Position numbers and translations under genes: made by a program
The notes under the pieces: model-generated
Database searches by the model: none
What the model saw: only the letters and a program-made list of their open reading frames with translations
What the model was told of the DNA's origin: nothing
Assembly: GCA_947624645.1 (NCBI GenBank)
Contig: CANQLG010000004.1
Coordinates: forward strand, 7,006 to 71,005
Direction of reading: 5' to 3'
Source: Candidatus Gastranaerophilales bacterium
GTDB lineage: Bacteria; Cyanobacteriota; Vampirovibrionia; Gastranaerophilales; Gastranaerophilaceae
DNA: 64,000 nucleotides
In this document: positions 1 through 10,219 of the stretch, piece by piece
How positions within the stretch are numbered: the first letter of the stretch is position 1
How the letters are laid out: each line of letters opens with the position of its first letter

Positions 1-1027
1 CCGAATAATTACCGTCACGACCCGACGGAGCAGCTGATGCCATATAATACCTGAACGCATCCGGTTTTTCCAAGTTAAATGCTTTTAATACATCTTTCGG
101 TGCTATTACATTACCTAAAGATTTGCTCATTTTTGATTGGTCAATCGTTATCCAACCGTGAGAAAATATAGTTTTAGGTAAAGGTAACCCTAAAGACATT
201 AATATTGCTATCCAATAGATTGAATGGAATTTTATTATATCTTTACCGATTACATGCACATCTGCCGGCCATAATTCTTTAAATTGTTCCGTAGGATTAT
301 TAATATCATAGCCTATTGCTGTTATATAGTTAGATAATGCATCAATCCATACATAAATAGTCTGGCTGTTGTCACCATCTACTTCTATTCCCCATTGAAC
401 TGAAGCCCTTGTTCTTGAAACGGATATATCTTCTATGTTTTCCAATTGATTTAACAATTCATTTACACGAAAAGAAGGTTGAATAAATTCTTCATGAGTT
501 TTAATATAATCAGCTATTTTATCTTTATATTTAGTAAGTCTGAAGAAGTAGTTTTCTTCGGTTATTTCTTCAGGTTTTTTCAAGTGATTGGGACAAAGCC
601 CGTCTTCAGTCAAATCCTTAGGACTTAAAAATGATTCACAACCCGCACAGTATAATCCCGTATATGAGTGTTTATAAATATCACCATTTTCAAGTAATTT
701 GTTAAAAATCTGTTTGACGGTTTTTTTATGCTGTTCATCAGTAGTTCTGATAATTTTATCATAACTTATTTCAAGTTCTTTCCATGCCGATTCAAATTTG
801 GAAAAATTTTCATCACATAGTTCTTTTGGGCTGATACCTCTTTGAGCAGCGGTTTTTTGAATTTTTATCCCGTGTTCATCAGTACCCGTAAGCATAAATG
901 CTTTATCAGTCAATTGTCTTTTGTGTCTTATGATAACATCGGATAATATTTTTTCATAAGCGTGACCGATATGCGGAGCACCGTTAACATAATCTATTGC
1001 CGTTGTAAGATAAAATTTTTCCTGCAT
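1..1027 (-). CDS. metG: Methionyl-tRNA synthetase, N-terminal part (3' end runs off the window)
   Basis: Minus-strand translation from the ATG at 1027-1025 reads MQEKFYLTTAIDYVNGAPHIGHAYEKILSDVIIRHKR..LTGTDEHGIKIQ..YCAGCESF..CPNH..SKMSKSLGNVI. It carries the class I HIGH and KMSKS motifs plus the MetRS zinc knuckle. It is absent from the ORF track because it is open at the window edge. Confidence 0.85.
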   Translation of the reverse strand, partial: MQEKFYLTTAIDYVNGAPHIGHAYEKILSDVIIRHKRQLTDKAFMLTGTDEHGIKIQKTAAQRGISPKELCDENFSKFESAWKELEISYDKIIRTTDEQHKKTVKQIFNKLLENGDIYKHSYTGLYCAGCESFLSPKDLTEDGLCPNHLKKPEEITEENYFFRLTKYKDKIADYIKTHEEFIQPSFRVNELLNQLENIEDISVSRTRASVQWGIEVDGDNSQTIYVWIDALSNYITAIGYDINNPTEQFKELWPADVHVIGKDIIKFHSIYWIAILMSLGLPLPKTIFSHGWITIDQSKMSKSLGNVIAPKDVLKAFNLEKPDAFRYYMASAAPSGRDGNYS

Positions 1028-1098
1028 TTTACTCACCTTTTAACTTATATGATAGAATTAATTTAACACAAAGGCATTTTTTAAAAAAGGGTTTTAAA

Positions 1099-1803
1099 AT
1101 GAGTGAAAGATTTAACAGAAGAAAAAACAATGAATTAAGGAATATAAAAATAACCAAAAATTATACAAATCATGCTCCCGGCTCTGTTTTAATGGAGTTT
1201 GGAGATACAAAAGTTATAGTAACGGCAAGCGTAGAAGAGGGCAAACCAAAATGGATGGAAAAAGAAGATAAACGAGGCTGGTTAACGGCAGAATATTCTT
1301 TGCTTCCTTCTGCAACTCATACCCGTTGTCAAAGAGAAAGAACAAAAATATCAGGCAGGACACAGGAAATTCAAAGACTTATAGGCAGAAGTTTAAGAGC
1401 CTGTATTGATTTAGAAAAACTGGGCGATAGAACAATAACCATTGATGCGGATGTAATTCAAGCTGACGGAGGAACCAGATGTGCATCAATATGCGGAGGG
1501 TTTGTTGCTTTAGATATTGCCATAAGAAAGCTTATTGAGCAGGGTTTATTAACTGAAAATCCGATTATTGAACCGATTGGAGCTGTTTCTGTCGGTATTA
1601 TCGACGGAGAAATCAAATTGGATTTAGATTATTCCGAAGACTCGCACGCTCAAGTTGACAGTAACGTTGTTATGACAAAATCAGGGAAAATTATTGAATT
1701 TCAAACAACGGCAGAAGGTGCCCCTTTTGACAAAAATCAATTGGATGAAATTTATAATATTGCACATTCGGCTATAAATCAAATAATCGGCTGGTATTGT
1801 TAA
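1099..1803 (+). CDS. rph: Ribonuclease PH
   Basis: 234 aa with the RNase PH pattern (GSVLMEFGDTKV.., LTAEYSLLPSAT, ISGRTQEIQRLIGRSLR, DADVIQADGGTR). Confidence 0.93.
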   Translation: MSERFNRRKNNELRNIKITKNYTNHAPGSVLMEFGDTKVIVTASVEEGKPKWMEKEDKRGWLTAEYSLLPSATHTRCQRERTKISGRTQEIQRLIGRSLRACIDLEKLGDRTITIDADVIQADGGTRCASICGGFVALDIAIRKLIEQGLLTENPIIEPIGAVSVGIIDGEIKLDLDYSEDSHAQVDSNVVMTKSGKIIEFQTTAEGAPFDKNQLDEIYNIAHSAINQIIGWYC

Positions 1804-1808
1804 AAATA

Positions 1809-2735
1809 TTATTTAACTATTAATACGGTCAAATAAGCAAAGTATAATATTAAAAATGAAATACCTTGCCATCTTTTAAGTATTTTTGATTTAAATGTGT
1901 ATATAAACAATAAAACGACCGCAAATATTGCGACAATACTGTCGAAATAAAATGCTTTGCTGAATTCAACAGGTTGAATCATACCCGTAATCCCGAGTAC
2001 AAAAAGTATATTAAATATATTAGAACCTATAATATTACCGACGGCCAAATCCGTTTGTTTCTTATATGCAGCAACAATGCAGGTAATTAATTCGGGCAAA
2101 CTTGTACCGAATGCTATAACGGTTAAACCTATTATTCTGTCAGAAACATTCAATCGATGGGCAATATCAACGGCACTGTTAACTGTCATATCGCTTCCAT
2201 ATACAAGCGCTATAAGTCCGCCCGTAATATAAAGAAGAATTTTAATAATTCCGATTTGTTTTTCTTCAACATCAAACTCATTATTATTTTTAGATGCTTT
2301 AAATAAATATATAAAAAATAAACCGAATAAAACCAATAGAACTAAAGCCCCAATCCTGTCCACAGCCCCGAAGAAATGTCCCGTTACAAGTAAAATAACG
2401 GTAATGAAGCCGACAAAAGGAATTTCATATTTTATAGTATTATTTTTTATCGGTAAAGCGCATATAGCGGCAGTTACGCCGAGTATTAAAAATATATTGG
2501 CAATATTACTGCCGATAATATTTCCTATTGCAACACCGTTTACCCCTTTTAAAGCAGAATTAATACTGACAAAAGCTTCAGGTGCACTTGTTCCCATGGC
2601 AACAACTGTTAATCCTACAATAATTTGCGGAATTTTAAATTTTAAAGCAAGATTACTCGCACCGTCGATAAAAAAATCAGCACCCTTAGATAAAAGCACT
2701 AACCCGATAATTAAAAGCACTATACTTAATAACAT
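1809..2735 (-). CDS. Ca2+/Na+ (CaCA/YrbG-type) antiporter
   Basis: 308 aa polytopic membrane protein with two alpha-repeat motifs (GTSAPE.., GTSLPEL..) typical of the CaCA family. Confidence 0.8.
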   Translation of the reverse strand: MLLSIVLLIIGLVLLSKGADFFIDGASNLALKFKIPQIIVGLTVVAMGTSAPEAFVSINSALKGVNGVAIGNIIGSNIANIFLILGVTAAICALPIKNNTIKYEIPFVGFITVILLVTGHFFGAVDRIGALVLLVLFGLFFIYLFKASKNNNEFDVEEKQIGIIKILLYITGGLIALVYGSDMTVNSAVDIAHRLNVSDRIIGLTVIAFGTSLPELITCIVAAYKKQTDLAVGNIIGSNIFNILFVLGITGMIQPVEFSKAFYFDSIVAIFAVVLLFIYTFKSKILKRWQGISFLILYFAYLTVLIVK

Positions 2736-2784
2736 AAAATCCTCTGATATAATAATTTTTTCAAGCTTATTATATCACAAGTGT

Positions 2785-3441
2785 TTATAATAAAGAAATT
2801 ACGGCTTCTGCCACAAGCAATGCCGAATTTTGATTTTGCCCCGTTATTATATTGCAATTAATTTCCACATGTTCGCTCCAAGGTTTATCTTCAACAAAAA
2901 TTGCACCCAGTTTTTTTATCCGTTCTTCCAAAGAAAACGGCATAAATTCAGCCATTTTAACGATTTTTTCTTCTTTATTTGTAAAAGAGGTAATATGTTT
3001 ATTTTTTAATATTGAGTTTCCCTCACAATCCGTTGCACTGACAAACCCTGCTACACCATGGCAAACGGCGGCAAGAATTTTATCATTCTTATACATATAT
3101 TCCAATATAGTTTTTAACTCTTGACACTCGGGCAAATCAAACATAGGACCATGCCCGCCGGGGATAAATATTGCATCAAATTGTGTATAATCAATTTCGG
3201 ATAATTTAGCAGTATTTCTTAAAAGTTTTGCAGGTTCATCCCATTCTATGGGATTTGAGCAGGATAAACCGTTTTCATCCAACGGCGAATTACCTCCCAA
3301 AGGACTTGCAACAGTTATATCGTATCCTGTTGATTCAAAAACTATATACGGCTGTGCAAATTCTCCCAGCCAAACACCTGTTAATATATCATCGTTTATC
3401 TTTGAAAAATTAGTTACGACAAATAATATTTTTTTAGACAT
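2785..3441 (-). CDS. DJ-1/PfpI family (class I glutamine amidotransferase-like) protein
   Basis: 218 aa; nucleophile elbow AAVCHGVAG, IFIPGGHG, and C-terminal ITGQNQNS as in the Hsp31/DJ-1 family. Confidence 0.75.
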   Translation of the reverse strand: MSKKILFVVTNFSKINDDILTGVWLGEFAQPYIVFESTGYDITVASPLGGNSPLDENGLSCSNPIEWDEPAKLLRNTAKLSEIDYTQFDAIFIPGGHGPMFDLPECQELKTILEYMYKNDKILAAVCHGVAGFVSATDCEGNSILKNKHITSFTNKEEKIVKMAEFMPFSLEERIKKLGAIFVEDKPWSEHVEINCNIITGQNQNSALLVAEAVISLL

Positions 3442-3523
3442 ATTTTCTCCTTTTTTTAGAAAATATATCTTCCGAAAAAAATTTTTAACCCTCTAACAGC
3501 TAATAAAAAATATAATAAATTTT

Positions 3524-4036
3524 TTAAGAAGCCTCAAAATATTCAAGCCAATGACGGATTACACTATAAGGATATTTTTTTAATTCAAAAGTAAGATAAT
3601 CCTTAGGTCTATATGGACGCCTTAAAAGTTTCATTCTTGCCTCTTTTGGCGTTCTATCAGCTTTTTTTTGATTACAATCTTTACAGCATGCAACAATATT
3701 TTCCCATATATCGGGTCCTAAGCGTGATTTTGGATAAACATGGTCTAAAGTTAACTCAGTTGCGGGAAATTTTTCACCGCAATACTGACAAACAAATTCA
3801 TCCCTAACTAATATATTTTCACGACAAAAAGGCAGCTCCTTGTAAGGAACTGCCAAATCATACGTTAGTTTTATAACTCTCGGAATTAATATATTTTCAA
3901 TTTTTATCATACTTTCAATATCATTTAACAATCGGGCATTTTCGGCTTTCCCTTTCATTAGCATAACCAATGCCCGTTTCCAAGTACAGATATTTATCGG
4001 ATGATTGTGTTTATCAAGCAATAATACCTTTTGCAT
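3524..4036 (-). CDS. HNH endonuclease family protein
   Basis: CQYCG..LTLDHVYPKSRLG..WENIVACCKDCNQKKADRTP forms a CxxC..DH..N..CxxCN HNH core. The start is moved to the ATG at 4036 (MQKVLLL), which is preceded by GGAG. Confidence 0.75.
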   Translation of the reverse strand: MQKVLLLDKHNHPINICTWKRALVMLMKGKAENARLLNDIESMIKIENILIPRVIKLTYDLAVPYKELPFCRENILVRDEFVCQYCGEKFPATELTLDHVYPKSRLGPDIWENIVACCKDCNQKKADRTPKEARMKLLRRPYRPKDYLTFELKKYPYSVIRHWLEYFEAS

Positions 4037-4105
4037 ATTAACTCCTACAATTGTAGTATTCCCGTTTTTAGCGAAAATTAAACTTTTTATGCAATAATAA
4101 AGAGT

Positions 4106-4654
4106 ATGCAAACATCTTTATTTGAAATTTTTAAAATATTTTTTATAATCGGACTTCAACTATTAGGCGGCGGATATGTTATTGTTCCATTATTAAAAAA
4201 ATATATTGTGGACGAAAAAAAATGGATGAGCGAAGAAGAACTTGTGGACTACTTTGCAATGAGCCAGTGTTTACCCGGTATAATCGCTTGTAATATTTCA
4301 ACAGCAGCAGGATATAAAGCCAAAGGAATATCAGGTGCATTTTGTGCAACATTAGGAATTATATTGCCTCCGTTTTTATGTATTTTGTTGTTGGCTAAAA
4401 TATTAACAGGGATTGTAAATTATGAAACTATAAAAAATGCATTTTGGGGAATCAGAATTTCGGTTATTATCCTTATATTTATTACAATTAAAGAACTGTG
4501 GTCAAAAAGCGTTAATTCCGTATTCACCTATATATTATTTTTTGCAGTATTGGCAACATTTATATTAATGCCCGTATCTCCCGCCATAATAATCATTCTT
4601 TCGGCTGTAACATCAATCATCTATGCAAAAGTACAAAGGAGAAAAAATGGTTAA
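4106..4654 (+). CDS. Chromate transporter (CHR) family protein, first of a short-chain pair
   Basis: 182 aa; LQLLGGGYVIVPLL and PGIIA motifs of the CHR family; adjacent to a paralogous half. Confidence 0.75.
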   Translation: MQTSLFEIFKIFFIIGLQLLGGGYVIVPLLKKYIVDEKKWMSEEELVDYFAMSQCLPGIIACNISTAAGYKAKGISGAFCATLGIILPPFLCILLLAKILTGIVNYETIKNAFWGIRISVIILIFITIKELWSKSVNSVFTYILFFAVLATFILMPVSPAIIIILSAVTSIIYAKVQRRKNG

Positions 4655-5210
4655 AATATATTTTCTTCTTTTTATAGAATTTTTAAAAATAGGTGTATTT
4701 GCACTTGGTGGCGGTTATGCCACTTTACCGTTTTTATATTATTTACAAAGCCAATATAACTGGTTCAGTACAGATGAACTAACAAATATGATAGCTGTTT
4801 CAAATATAACCCCGGGACCAGTCGGTATAAATATGGCGACATATACAGGCTACACAACGGCAGGATTTTGGGGCGCCCTAATTGCATCCGTTGCTATAAT
4901 TCTCATTCCTTTTTTTATAGTAATTACAGTTGTTAAGTTGTTTAATAAACTTAGTAATTGCAACAATATAAATTATATTTTTACAGGGTTAAGACCTGCA
5001 TCTTGCGCACTTTTAACCTCCATAGGATTTAAACTTTTATTTCAAGCTGTCGTATATAATAAACCTGAATGGTCATTTCCCTTGCAGATTGATTTAAAAG
5101 CAATAATTTTATTTATAATACTAATTATTCCTTTTTCTTTCATTAAAAAAAATCCGATATTAATAATATTAGCAGGTGCTTTGGGCGGAATATTCATACA
5201 AAATTTTTAA
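4647..5210 (+). CDS. Chromate transporter (CHR) family protein, second of the pair
   Basis: ALGGGYATLPFL and TPGPVGIN motifs. The start is chosen at the ATG at 4647, after AGGAG; it overlaps the upstream stop by 8 nt. Confidence 0.75.
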   Translation: MVKIYFLLFIEFLKIGVFALGGGYATLPFLYYLQSQYNWFSTDELTNMIAVSNITPGPVGINMATYTGYTTAGFWGALIASVAIILIPFFIVITVVKLFNKLSNCNNINYIFTGLRPASCALLTSIGFKLLFQAVVYNKPEWSFPLQIDLKAIILFIILIIPFSFIKKNPILIILAGALGGIFIQNF

Positions 5211-5326
5211 TAATTTGTTAAGATATATTAAGAAAATTAGAATTGAAAGTAAATTTCAATTCTCAAATTGTTTTTATATATATGTGGTTAGTTTAGGTTA
5301 ATAAAATTTTATAGTGGAGGTTAGTT

Positions 5327-5950
5327 ATGACAGTATCATTTCAAAATGGAAGTTTCTTTGGAGGCAGCGCAACAGCGAATACTCATACTACATACGGTGG
5401 GGTTTCTGTATCAAGTTTATATAACGAAGAAAATCTTGACAGAAGATATAGTTATCAAGATACAAAAGAATCTTATGAAATTTCATACAATGGCAGAGAT
5501 GCTGTTATAACAAACTGTATATCAAATATAAAATCATTGTTATCTCAAGGTCGAGAAGATGCAGCATTAGAAGCTTATAATGAATTACTTACAGAAATGA
5601 AATCACAAGACAGATATTCACAATTAGTAGACGAAAATGGAAATGATTCTCAATTAAGAGCCGTTGCAAGACAATTAATTGAAGCAGAACTTGAAGACGG
5701 TGATTTAGAAAAATTCATTAAGGACAATGCAGTAAGTGCTTCAGGAAGAAGCTGGCAGAAAACATTCTTCAATAATGATAAAATTGATGATTGTACCGAA
5801 GAAGATTTATTAAATGCTATGTGTAATATGGATGAAGAAAAGAATGTTTCAGTAGGTCAATATATTTTAGAAGGTATATGTCACGCTTTAATACTTCCAA
5901 GATTATTTACAGAAGCAGGCGATGCATTGTTCGGAGGAAAATATCACTAA
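5327..5950 (+). CDS. Hypothetical protein (207 aa, acidic, no signal peptide)
   Basis: Clean ORF preceded by GGAGG 7 nt upstream; no recognisable motif. Confidence 0.5.
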   Translation: MTVSFQNGSFFGGSATANTHTTYGGVSVSSLYNEENLDRRYSYQDTKESYEISYNGRDAVITNCISNIKSLLSQGREDAALEAYNELLTEMKSQDRYSQLVDENGNDSQLRAVARQLIEAELEDGDLEKFIKDNAVSASGRSWQKTFFNNDKIDDCTEEDLLNAMCNMDEEKNVSVGQYILEGICHALILPRLFTEAGDALFGGKYH

Positions 5951-5970
5951 TCAATCTGATAAAAATATTA

Positions 5971-5998
5971 AAAGGCGGATAATTAATCCGCCTTTTTT
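5971..5998. terminator. Bidirectional rho-independent terminator candidate
   Basis: aaaggcggat-aatta-atccgcctttttt: a 7-bp GC-rich stem flanked by A- and T-runs. It lies between the convergent 207-aa ORF and cysE, and the cysE stop sits in the loop. Confidence 0.6.
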
Positions 5999-6639
5999 AA
6001 TTCTTCCATTTGTTCTTTTAAATCTTGAAGTTCATACTTCAATCGGTTTAATTGACAAGTAATAGGGTCAGGGATTCTATTATGCATCAATTGACCCTGA
6101 ATTAACAGTTTTTGCTTAACAATTCTACCGGGTACTCCAACAACCGTTGAATTTTCAGGAACATTGTCCACAACTACGGATCCTGCTCCAATTCTTGAGT
6201 TAGAGCCTATTTCTATATTGCCTAAAATTTTTGCTCCTGAACCGACTACAATATTATCATGCAAAGTAGGGTGACGTTTGCCATGTTCATTACCCGTTCC
6301 TCCGAGAGTAACACCCTGATACAATAGTACATCATCACCTATTATAGTCGTAGCACCAATAACAACACCCATTCCATGATCTATAAAAAATCGACGGCCT
6401 ATTCTGGCTGCGGGATGTATCTCTATTCCGGTAAAGAATCTTGATATATTTGATATCATTCTCGGAATTAAAGGTATTTTCCAATAATTAAGTTTATGTG
6501 CAATTCTATGCAAAATCAATGCATGCAGCCCCGGATAACATAACAGTACCTCAAGCAAATTTTCGGCAGCCGGGTCTTTTTCATATATTGTTTTTATATC
6601 TTCTTTTATTTGCGAAAATACTTTTTTTATTAAACGCAT
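5983..6639 (-). CDS. cysE: Serine O-acetyltransferase
   Basis: 218 aa; left-handed beta-helix hexapeptide repeats ([39 protein letters not shown]) plus an N-terminal SATase helix region. Confidence 0.9.
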   Translation of the reverse strand: MRLIKKVFSQIKEDIKTIYEKDPAAENLLEVLLCYPGLHALILHRIAHKLNYWKIPLIPRMISNISRFFTGIEIHPAARIGRRFFIDHGMGVVIGATTIIGDDVLLYQGVTLGGTGNEHGKRHPTLHDNIVVGSGAKILGNIEIGSNSRIGAGSVVVDNVPENSTVVGVPGRIVKQKLLIQGQLMHNRIPDPITCQLNRLKYELQDLKEQMEELKKAD

Positions 6640-7862
6640 TATACACCTTTTATGTATTTTCTTTTACCGTATTGAACTATAACAGGAACCATTGATGTTG
6701 TAATTATATAATTCGGGTTAGCCTGTTTTTCCGAATTAACTTTTAAAGCACCTGATTGAGCCAGGCGTTTTATTTCTCCTCTGCTTAATGATTTATCAAA
6801 GTTTGAAATGAAGTCAATTAAAGAAATATCATCTTTTACTTTAACTTCAGGAATATCATCGGGAATTTCTTTATTTTGAACAACCTTAACAAAATTAGCC
6901 TGCGCTTCATCAGCAGCCGTTTTGCCGTTATACATTTGTGTTATTGTATAAGCAAGCTTCATTTTTATATCACGAGGATTAGATGTTTTAAGCTGTTCTT
7001 CTATTTGTTTTAATTCTTCATTAGATATTTCCGTTAAAAGTGCAAAATATTTTACAATCAAGTTATCCGAAATAGACATTAATTTACCGTACATATCATT
7101 GGGAGTATCGGTTAAACTTATACAATGCTGCGGGAATGATTTTGACATTTTAACAATACCGTCAGTTCCTTCAAGCAAAGGCAATAGCATTACCATTTGA
7201 GGATGTTCCTTACCGTATGCGGTTTGGATTTCTCTGCCTAAAAGATTATTAAATCTTTGGTCTGTACCGCCAAGTTCTATATCAGCATCCACTACTACGC
7301 TATCATAAGCCTGCATGAGCGGATAGAAAAATTCATGTACGGAGATGGGTCTATTTTCGGCATAACGTTTTGCAAAATCGTCCCTTGTCATTATCTGAGC
7401 AACCGTAACTTTTGAAGCAAGTTTTAACATGTCAGCAAAATTAAGATTAAACAGCCAATCAGAATTATTTCTTATTTCGGCTTTATTTACATCAATTACT
7501 TTTGAAATTTGTTCAAAATACGTTTTTGCATTTTCTTCTACTTGCTCTTTTGTAAGACTTGGACGAGTATCGGATTTTCCCGACGGATCACCTATCATTG
7601 CTGTTCCTCCGCCGACAATCAAGATTATTTGATGTCCCAAATCCTGAAATTGTTTTATTTTCCTCATTACAACGGTATGTCCCAAATGTAAATCGGGGCG
7701 AGATGGATCCATCCCAAGTTTTACCCTTAAAGGTTTATTTTCTTCTTTTGATTTTTGAAGTTTAAATGCAAGTTCTTCAACCCCACCGGGTAATACTTCG
7801 GCACCTCTTGCCAGTAATGCCGCTTGTTCTAAATATTCAGCTTTTATTTTTACAGTTTCCAT
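6639..7862 (-). CDS. tyrS: Tyrosyl-tRNA synthetase
   Basis: 407 aa; HLGH (DLHLGHTV) and KMSKS (VKMSKSF) motifs and a C-terminal S4-like domain. Its stop overlaps the cysE start (TAATG). Confidence 0.93.
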   Translation of the reverse strand: METVKIKAEYLEQAALLARGAEVLPGGVEELAFKLQKSKEENKPLRVKLGMDPSRPDLHLGHTVVMRKIKQFQDLGHQIILIVGGGTAMIGDPSGKSDTRPSLTKEQVEENAKTYFEQISKVIDVNKAEIRNNSDWLFNLNFADMLKLASKVTVAQIMTRDDFAKRYAENRPISVHEFFYPLMQAYDSVVVDADIELGGTDQRFNNLLGREIQTAYGKEHPQMVMLLPLLEGTDGIVKMSKSFPQHCISLTDTPNDMYGKLMSISDNLIVKYFALLTEISNEELKQIEEQLKTSNPRDIKMKLAYTITQMYNGKTAADEAQANFVKVVQNKEIPDDIPEVKVKDDISLIDFISNFDKSLSRGEIKRLAQSGALKVNSEKQANPNYIITTSMVPVIVQYGKRKYIKGV

Positions 7863-7906
7863 TTTTTCACCTTTTCTTCAAAAATATTATTACAAAAACA
7901 TTGCAA

Positions 7907-7938
7907 TAAAAAAAGTCCGCTTAAATATGCGGACTTTT
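7907..7938 (-). terminator. Rho-independent terminator of the 65-aa wHTH gene
   Basis: The minus strand reads aaaagtccgc-atatttaa-gcggacttttt, a stem followed by a T-run. Confidence 0.6.
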
Positions 7939-7957
7939 GTAAATATCTTAGTATTAA

Positions 7958-8155
7958 TTATACTAATCTAACGTTAGTAGAAGTACCTTTTTTGGATAAT
8001 TCAACTTTACCTTCTCTTGCTAACCAGCCTAAACCTAATTCAGCAAAATTAGCCTTTAAATCTAAATCTTTTTTCATTTTAGCAATAGTAGTTTCGCCGT
8101 TTTCATTCAAATAATTCCAAATTTGTCCTGCTGTTTCGCCTATCATTTCCATCAT
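7958..8155 (-). CDS. Small winged-helix protein (DUF2582-like)
   Basis: 65 aa; the pattern GETAGQIWNYLNENGE..LGLGWLAREGKV matches small wHTH proteins of that family as I remember it. Confidence 0.55.
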   Translation of the reverse strand: MMEMIGETAGQIWNYLNENGETTIAKMKKDLDLKANFAELGLGWLAREGKVELSKKGTSTNVRLV

Positions 8156-8250
8156 CTATTTCTCCTTTTAATTTGTAAAGTTATTAACATTCCAAACATG
8201 TAATGTATAATTTAATTATAATACAGAAAATAAAGGAAGTAAAGAAAAAA

Positions 8251-8742
8251 ATGGCAACGGGAAAAGTTTGGAAATATGCTGATAATATAGATACAGATGT
8301 AATAATTCCGGCAAGATATCTTAACACATCATCAGCAGATGAACTTGCAAAACATTGCATGGAAGATATTGATAAGACTTTTGCAAAGGAAGTAAAAGCA
8401 ACCGATATAATCGTTGCGGGAGAAAATTTCGGGTGCGGATCATCTCGAGAACATGCCCCGATAGCAATAAAAGCCTCCGGAATCAGCCTTGTTATCGCTA
8501 AAAGTTTTGCAAGAATTTTTTATCGTAACTCAATAAATATAGGGCTTGCAATTCTTGAACATAATACTTTAAGCGATGAATGCACTAAAGGTGACATTCT
8601 TGAATACGATTTAACTTCAGGCACAATCATAAATAAAACAACAGGGAAATCATATACATGCACAAAATTTCCGCCTGAAATTCAAAAACTTATCAACTCA
8701 GGCGGACTTATCAACTATACAAAAGAAAAATTAAATATTTAA
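8251..8742 (+). CDS. leuD: 3-isopropylmalate dehydratase small subunit (aconitase swivel-domain, LeuD type)
   Basis: [24 protein letters not shown] and [14 protein letters not shown] motifs. The start is moved to the ATG at 8251. Confidence 0.8.
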   Translation: MATGKVWKYADNIDTDVIIPARYLNTSSADELAKHCMEDIDKTFAKEVKATDIIVAGENFGCGSSREHAPIAIKASGISLVIAKSFARIFYRNSINIGLAILEHNTLSDECTKGDILEYDLTSGTIINKTTGKSYTCTKFPPEIQKLINSGGLINYTKEKLNI

Positions 8743-8763
8743 AAAGCCCCCTAAGGGGCTTTA
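8741..8763. terminator. Bidirectional terminator between leuD and hpf
   Basis: aaaaagcccc-ctaa-ggggcttt hairpin flanked by A- and T-runs. Confidence 0.65.
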
Positions 8764-8765
8764 AT

Positions 8766-9131
8766 TTATTCCGAAACAGTTTCTGCTTCATCCTCAGGAA
8801 TTTTATCCGTCCTTATTGATGCGGTTTTAGAACCGGTTATTTGCTTTTCTTTAAATTTTTGTACCTGTCTTGTTAAAATATCAGCAACTAAATCAATACT
8901 GGCATACATAGATTCAGCTTTTTCCTCTGCTTTAACAGAGCCTGAAACAAATTTACAAATAACTTCTGCCGTATGACTTTGTGCTACTGATGGATTCTTG
9001 ATTACGCTGAGAACAACATCAATAGATTGGATTTGGTCATAGTAATTCCAAACTTTTCCGATTTTTTCTTCCGCATAATTGCGAATAGCATCAGTAATTT
9101 CAATATTACGCCCTTTAACAGTAATGCGCAT
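8766..9131 (-). CDS. hpf: Ribosome hibernation promoting factor (short HPF/YfiA type)
   Basis: MRITVKGRNIEITDAIRNYAEEKIGKV start and length typical of the sigma-54 modulation/HPF family. Confidence 0.85.
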   Translation of the reverse strand: MRITVKGRNIEITDAIRNYAEEKIGKVWNYYDQIQSIDVVLSVIKNPSVAQSHTAEVICKFVSGSVKAEEKAESMYASIDLVADILTRQVQKFKEKQITGSKTASIRTDKIPEDEAETVSE

Positions 9132-9254
9132 TTATTTTGCCTCCATAAAATGTATACTTTGATATTATACCCTATTTTTAGCAAGTTTTAAACCCATTAT
9201 TTTATAAAAATAAAAAATAATGTTATAATTGCATGGAATAAGGAAAAATTATAT

Positions 9255-10217
9255 ATGGGTCAATATTCAATAGGAATTGATTTGGGCGGAACAAAAATTT
9301 TAACCGCTATTGTAGATAAATCTAAAGGTGAAGTTATCTCTTTCATTAAAAAGAAAACAAAAAAAGATAAAGGCATTGATAAAATACTTCAAAAAATAAT
9401 AAATTCAGTAAATGAAGTACTTTTGGAATCCGGAATTGATATTAATAATATAGATGATATAGGTATAGGTGCAGCAGGACAAATAAACAGAGAAAAAGGT
9501 ATAATAATCAATGCGCCTAATATTGAATGTTCTGACTTGAATATAAAAGAACGATTGGAAACGGAATTTAATAAACCCGTAATTTTGGGCAACGATGTTG
9601 AAATAGCAACAATAGGCGAAATGTACTATGGAGCTGGCAAGGGCGAAAAAGACTTTGTCTGTATATTTGTAGGTACAGGAATAGGGTCAGGTATAGTGCA
9701 AAACGGAAGATTAAGATATGGAACTACCGGTACGGCAGGCGAAATCGGGCATATAGTTGTAGATATAGGCGGACGTTCCTGCGGATGCGGAGGATGCGGA
9801 TGTCTTGAAGCTTATGCTTCTAGACTTGCAATTGAAAAAAGGATTATCGGAGCGCTTAAAAAAGGCAGACATTCGGATATTGAAAATTATATTGTTGAAG
9901 ATAAACCTATCAAAACAAGCATGATTAGAAAAGCTCTAGAGAATAAAGATGAGTTGGTTACGCAAATTCTAACCGAGGCGTCCGATTATCTGGCATCCGG
10001 TTTAGCAAGTATCATTAACTTCTATAACCCTGCTTTAATAATACTTGGCGGTGGATTGATGAATGCCATTGATTATTTTTATGAACATTCCATACAAATA
10101 GCTAAAATTAAATCTCTTCCGACTCCTGCCGAAAAAATAAGGTTTGAAAAAGCTAAACTCGGAGATTTTTCGGGTGTTATAGGTGCTGCGCTACTTGCTG
10201 ATTATCGAAATATATAA
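9255..10217 (+). CDS. ROK family glucokinase
   Basis: N-terminal GIDLGGTK, GAGQ, GTGIGSGIV, GEIGH, and the ROK zinc motif CGCGGCGCLE. Confidence 0.85.
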   Translation: MGQYSIGIDLGGTKILTAIVDKSKGEVISFIKKKTKKDKGIDKILQKIINSVNEVLLESGIDINNIDDIGIGAAGQINREKGIIINAPNIECSDLNIKERLETEFNKPVILGNDVEIATIGEMYYGAGKGEKDFVCIFVGTGIGSGIVQNGRLRYGTTGTAGEIGHIVVDIGGRSCGCGGCGCLEAYASRLAIEKRIIGALKKGRHSDIENYIVEDKPIKTSMIRKALENKDELVTQILTEASDYLASGLASIINFYNPALIILGGGLMNAIDYFYEHSIQIAKIKSLPTPAEKIRFEKAKLGDFSGVIGAALLADYRNI

Positions 10218-10219
10218 AT

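Noticed and set aside
5288-5307. ttagtttaggttaataaaat upstream of the 207-aa ORF matches the repeat-unit segment ttagtttaggctaataaaat (45048-45067) at 19/20, suggesting a dispersed copy of the 143-bp element.
   Set aside because: A rough estimate gives about 0.5 such 19/20 matches by chance between a 143-nt query and 128 kb of AT-rich sequence. Similarity does not extend convincingly beyond the 20-mer. A genome-wide search is needed before claiming dispersal.
7863-7957. T-box leader upstream of tyrS, and a glmS ribozyme upstream of glmS (31926-31995).
   Set aside because: The intergenic spaces (95 and 70 nt, the former largely occupied by the upstream gene's terminator) are too short for either RNA. 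No T-box or ribozyme core sequence was seen.
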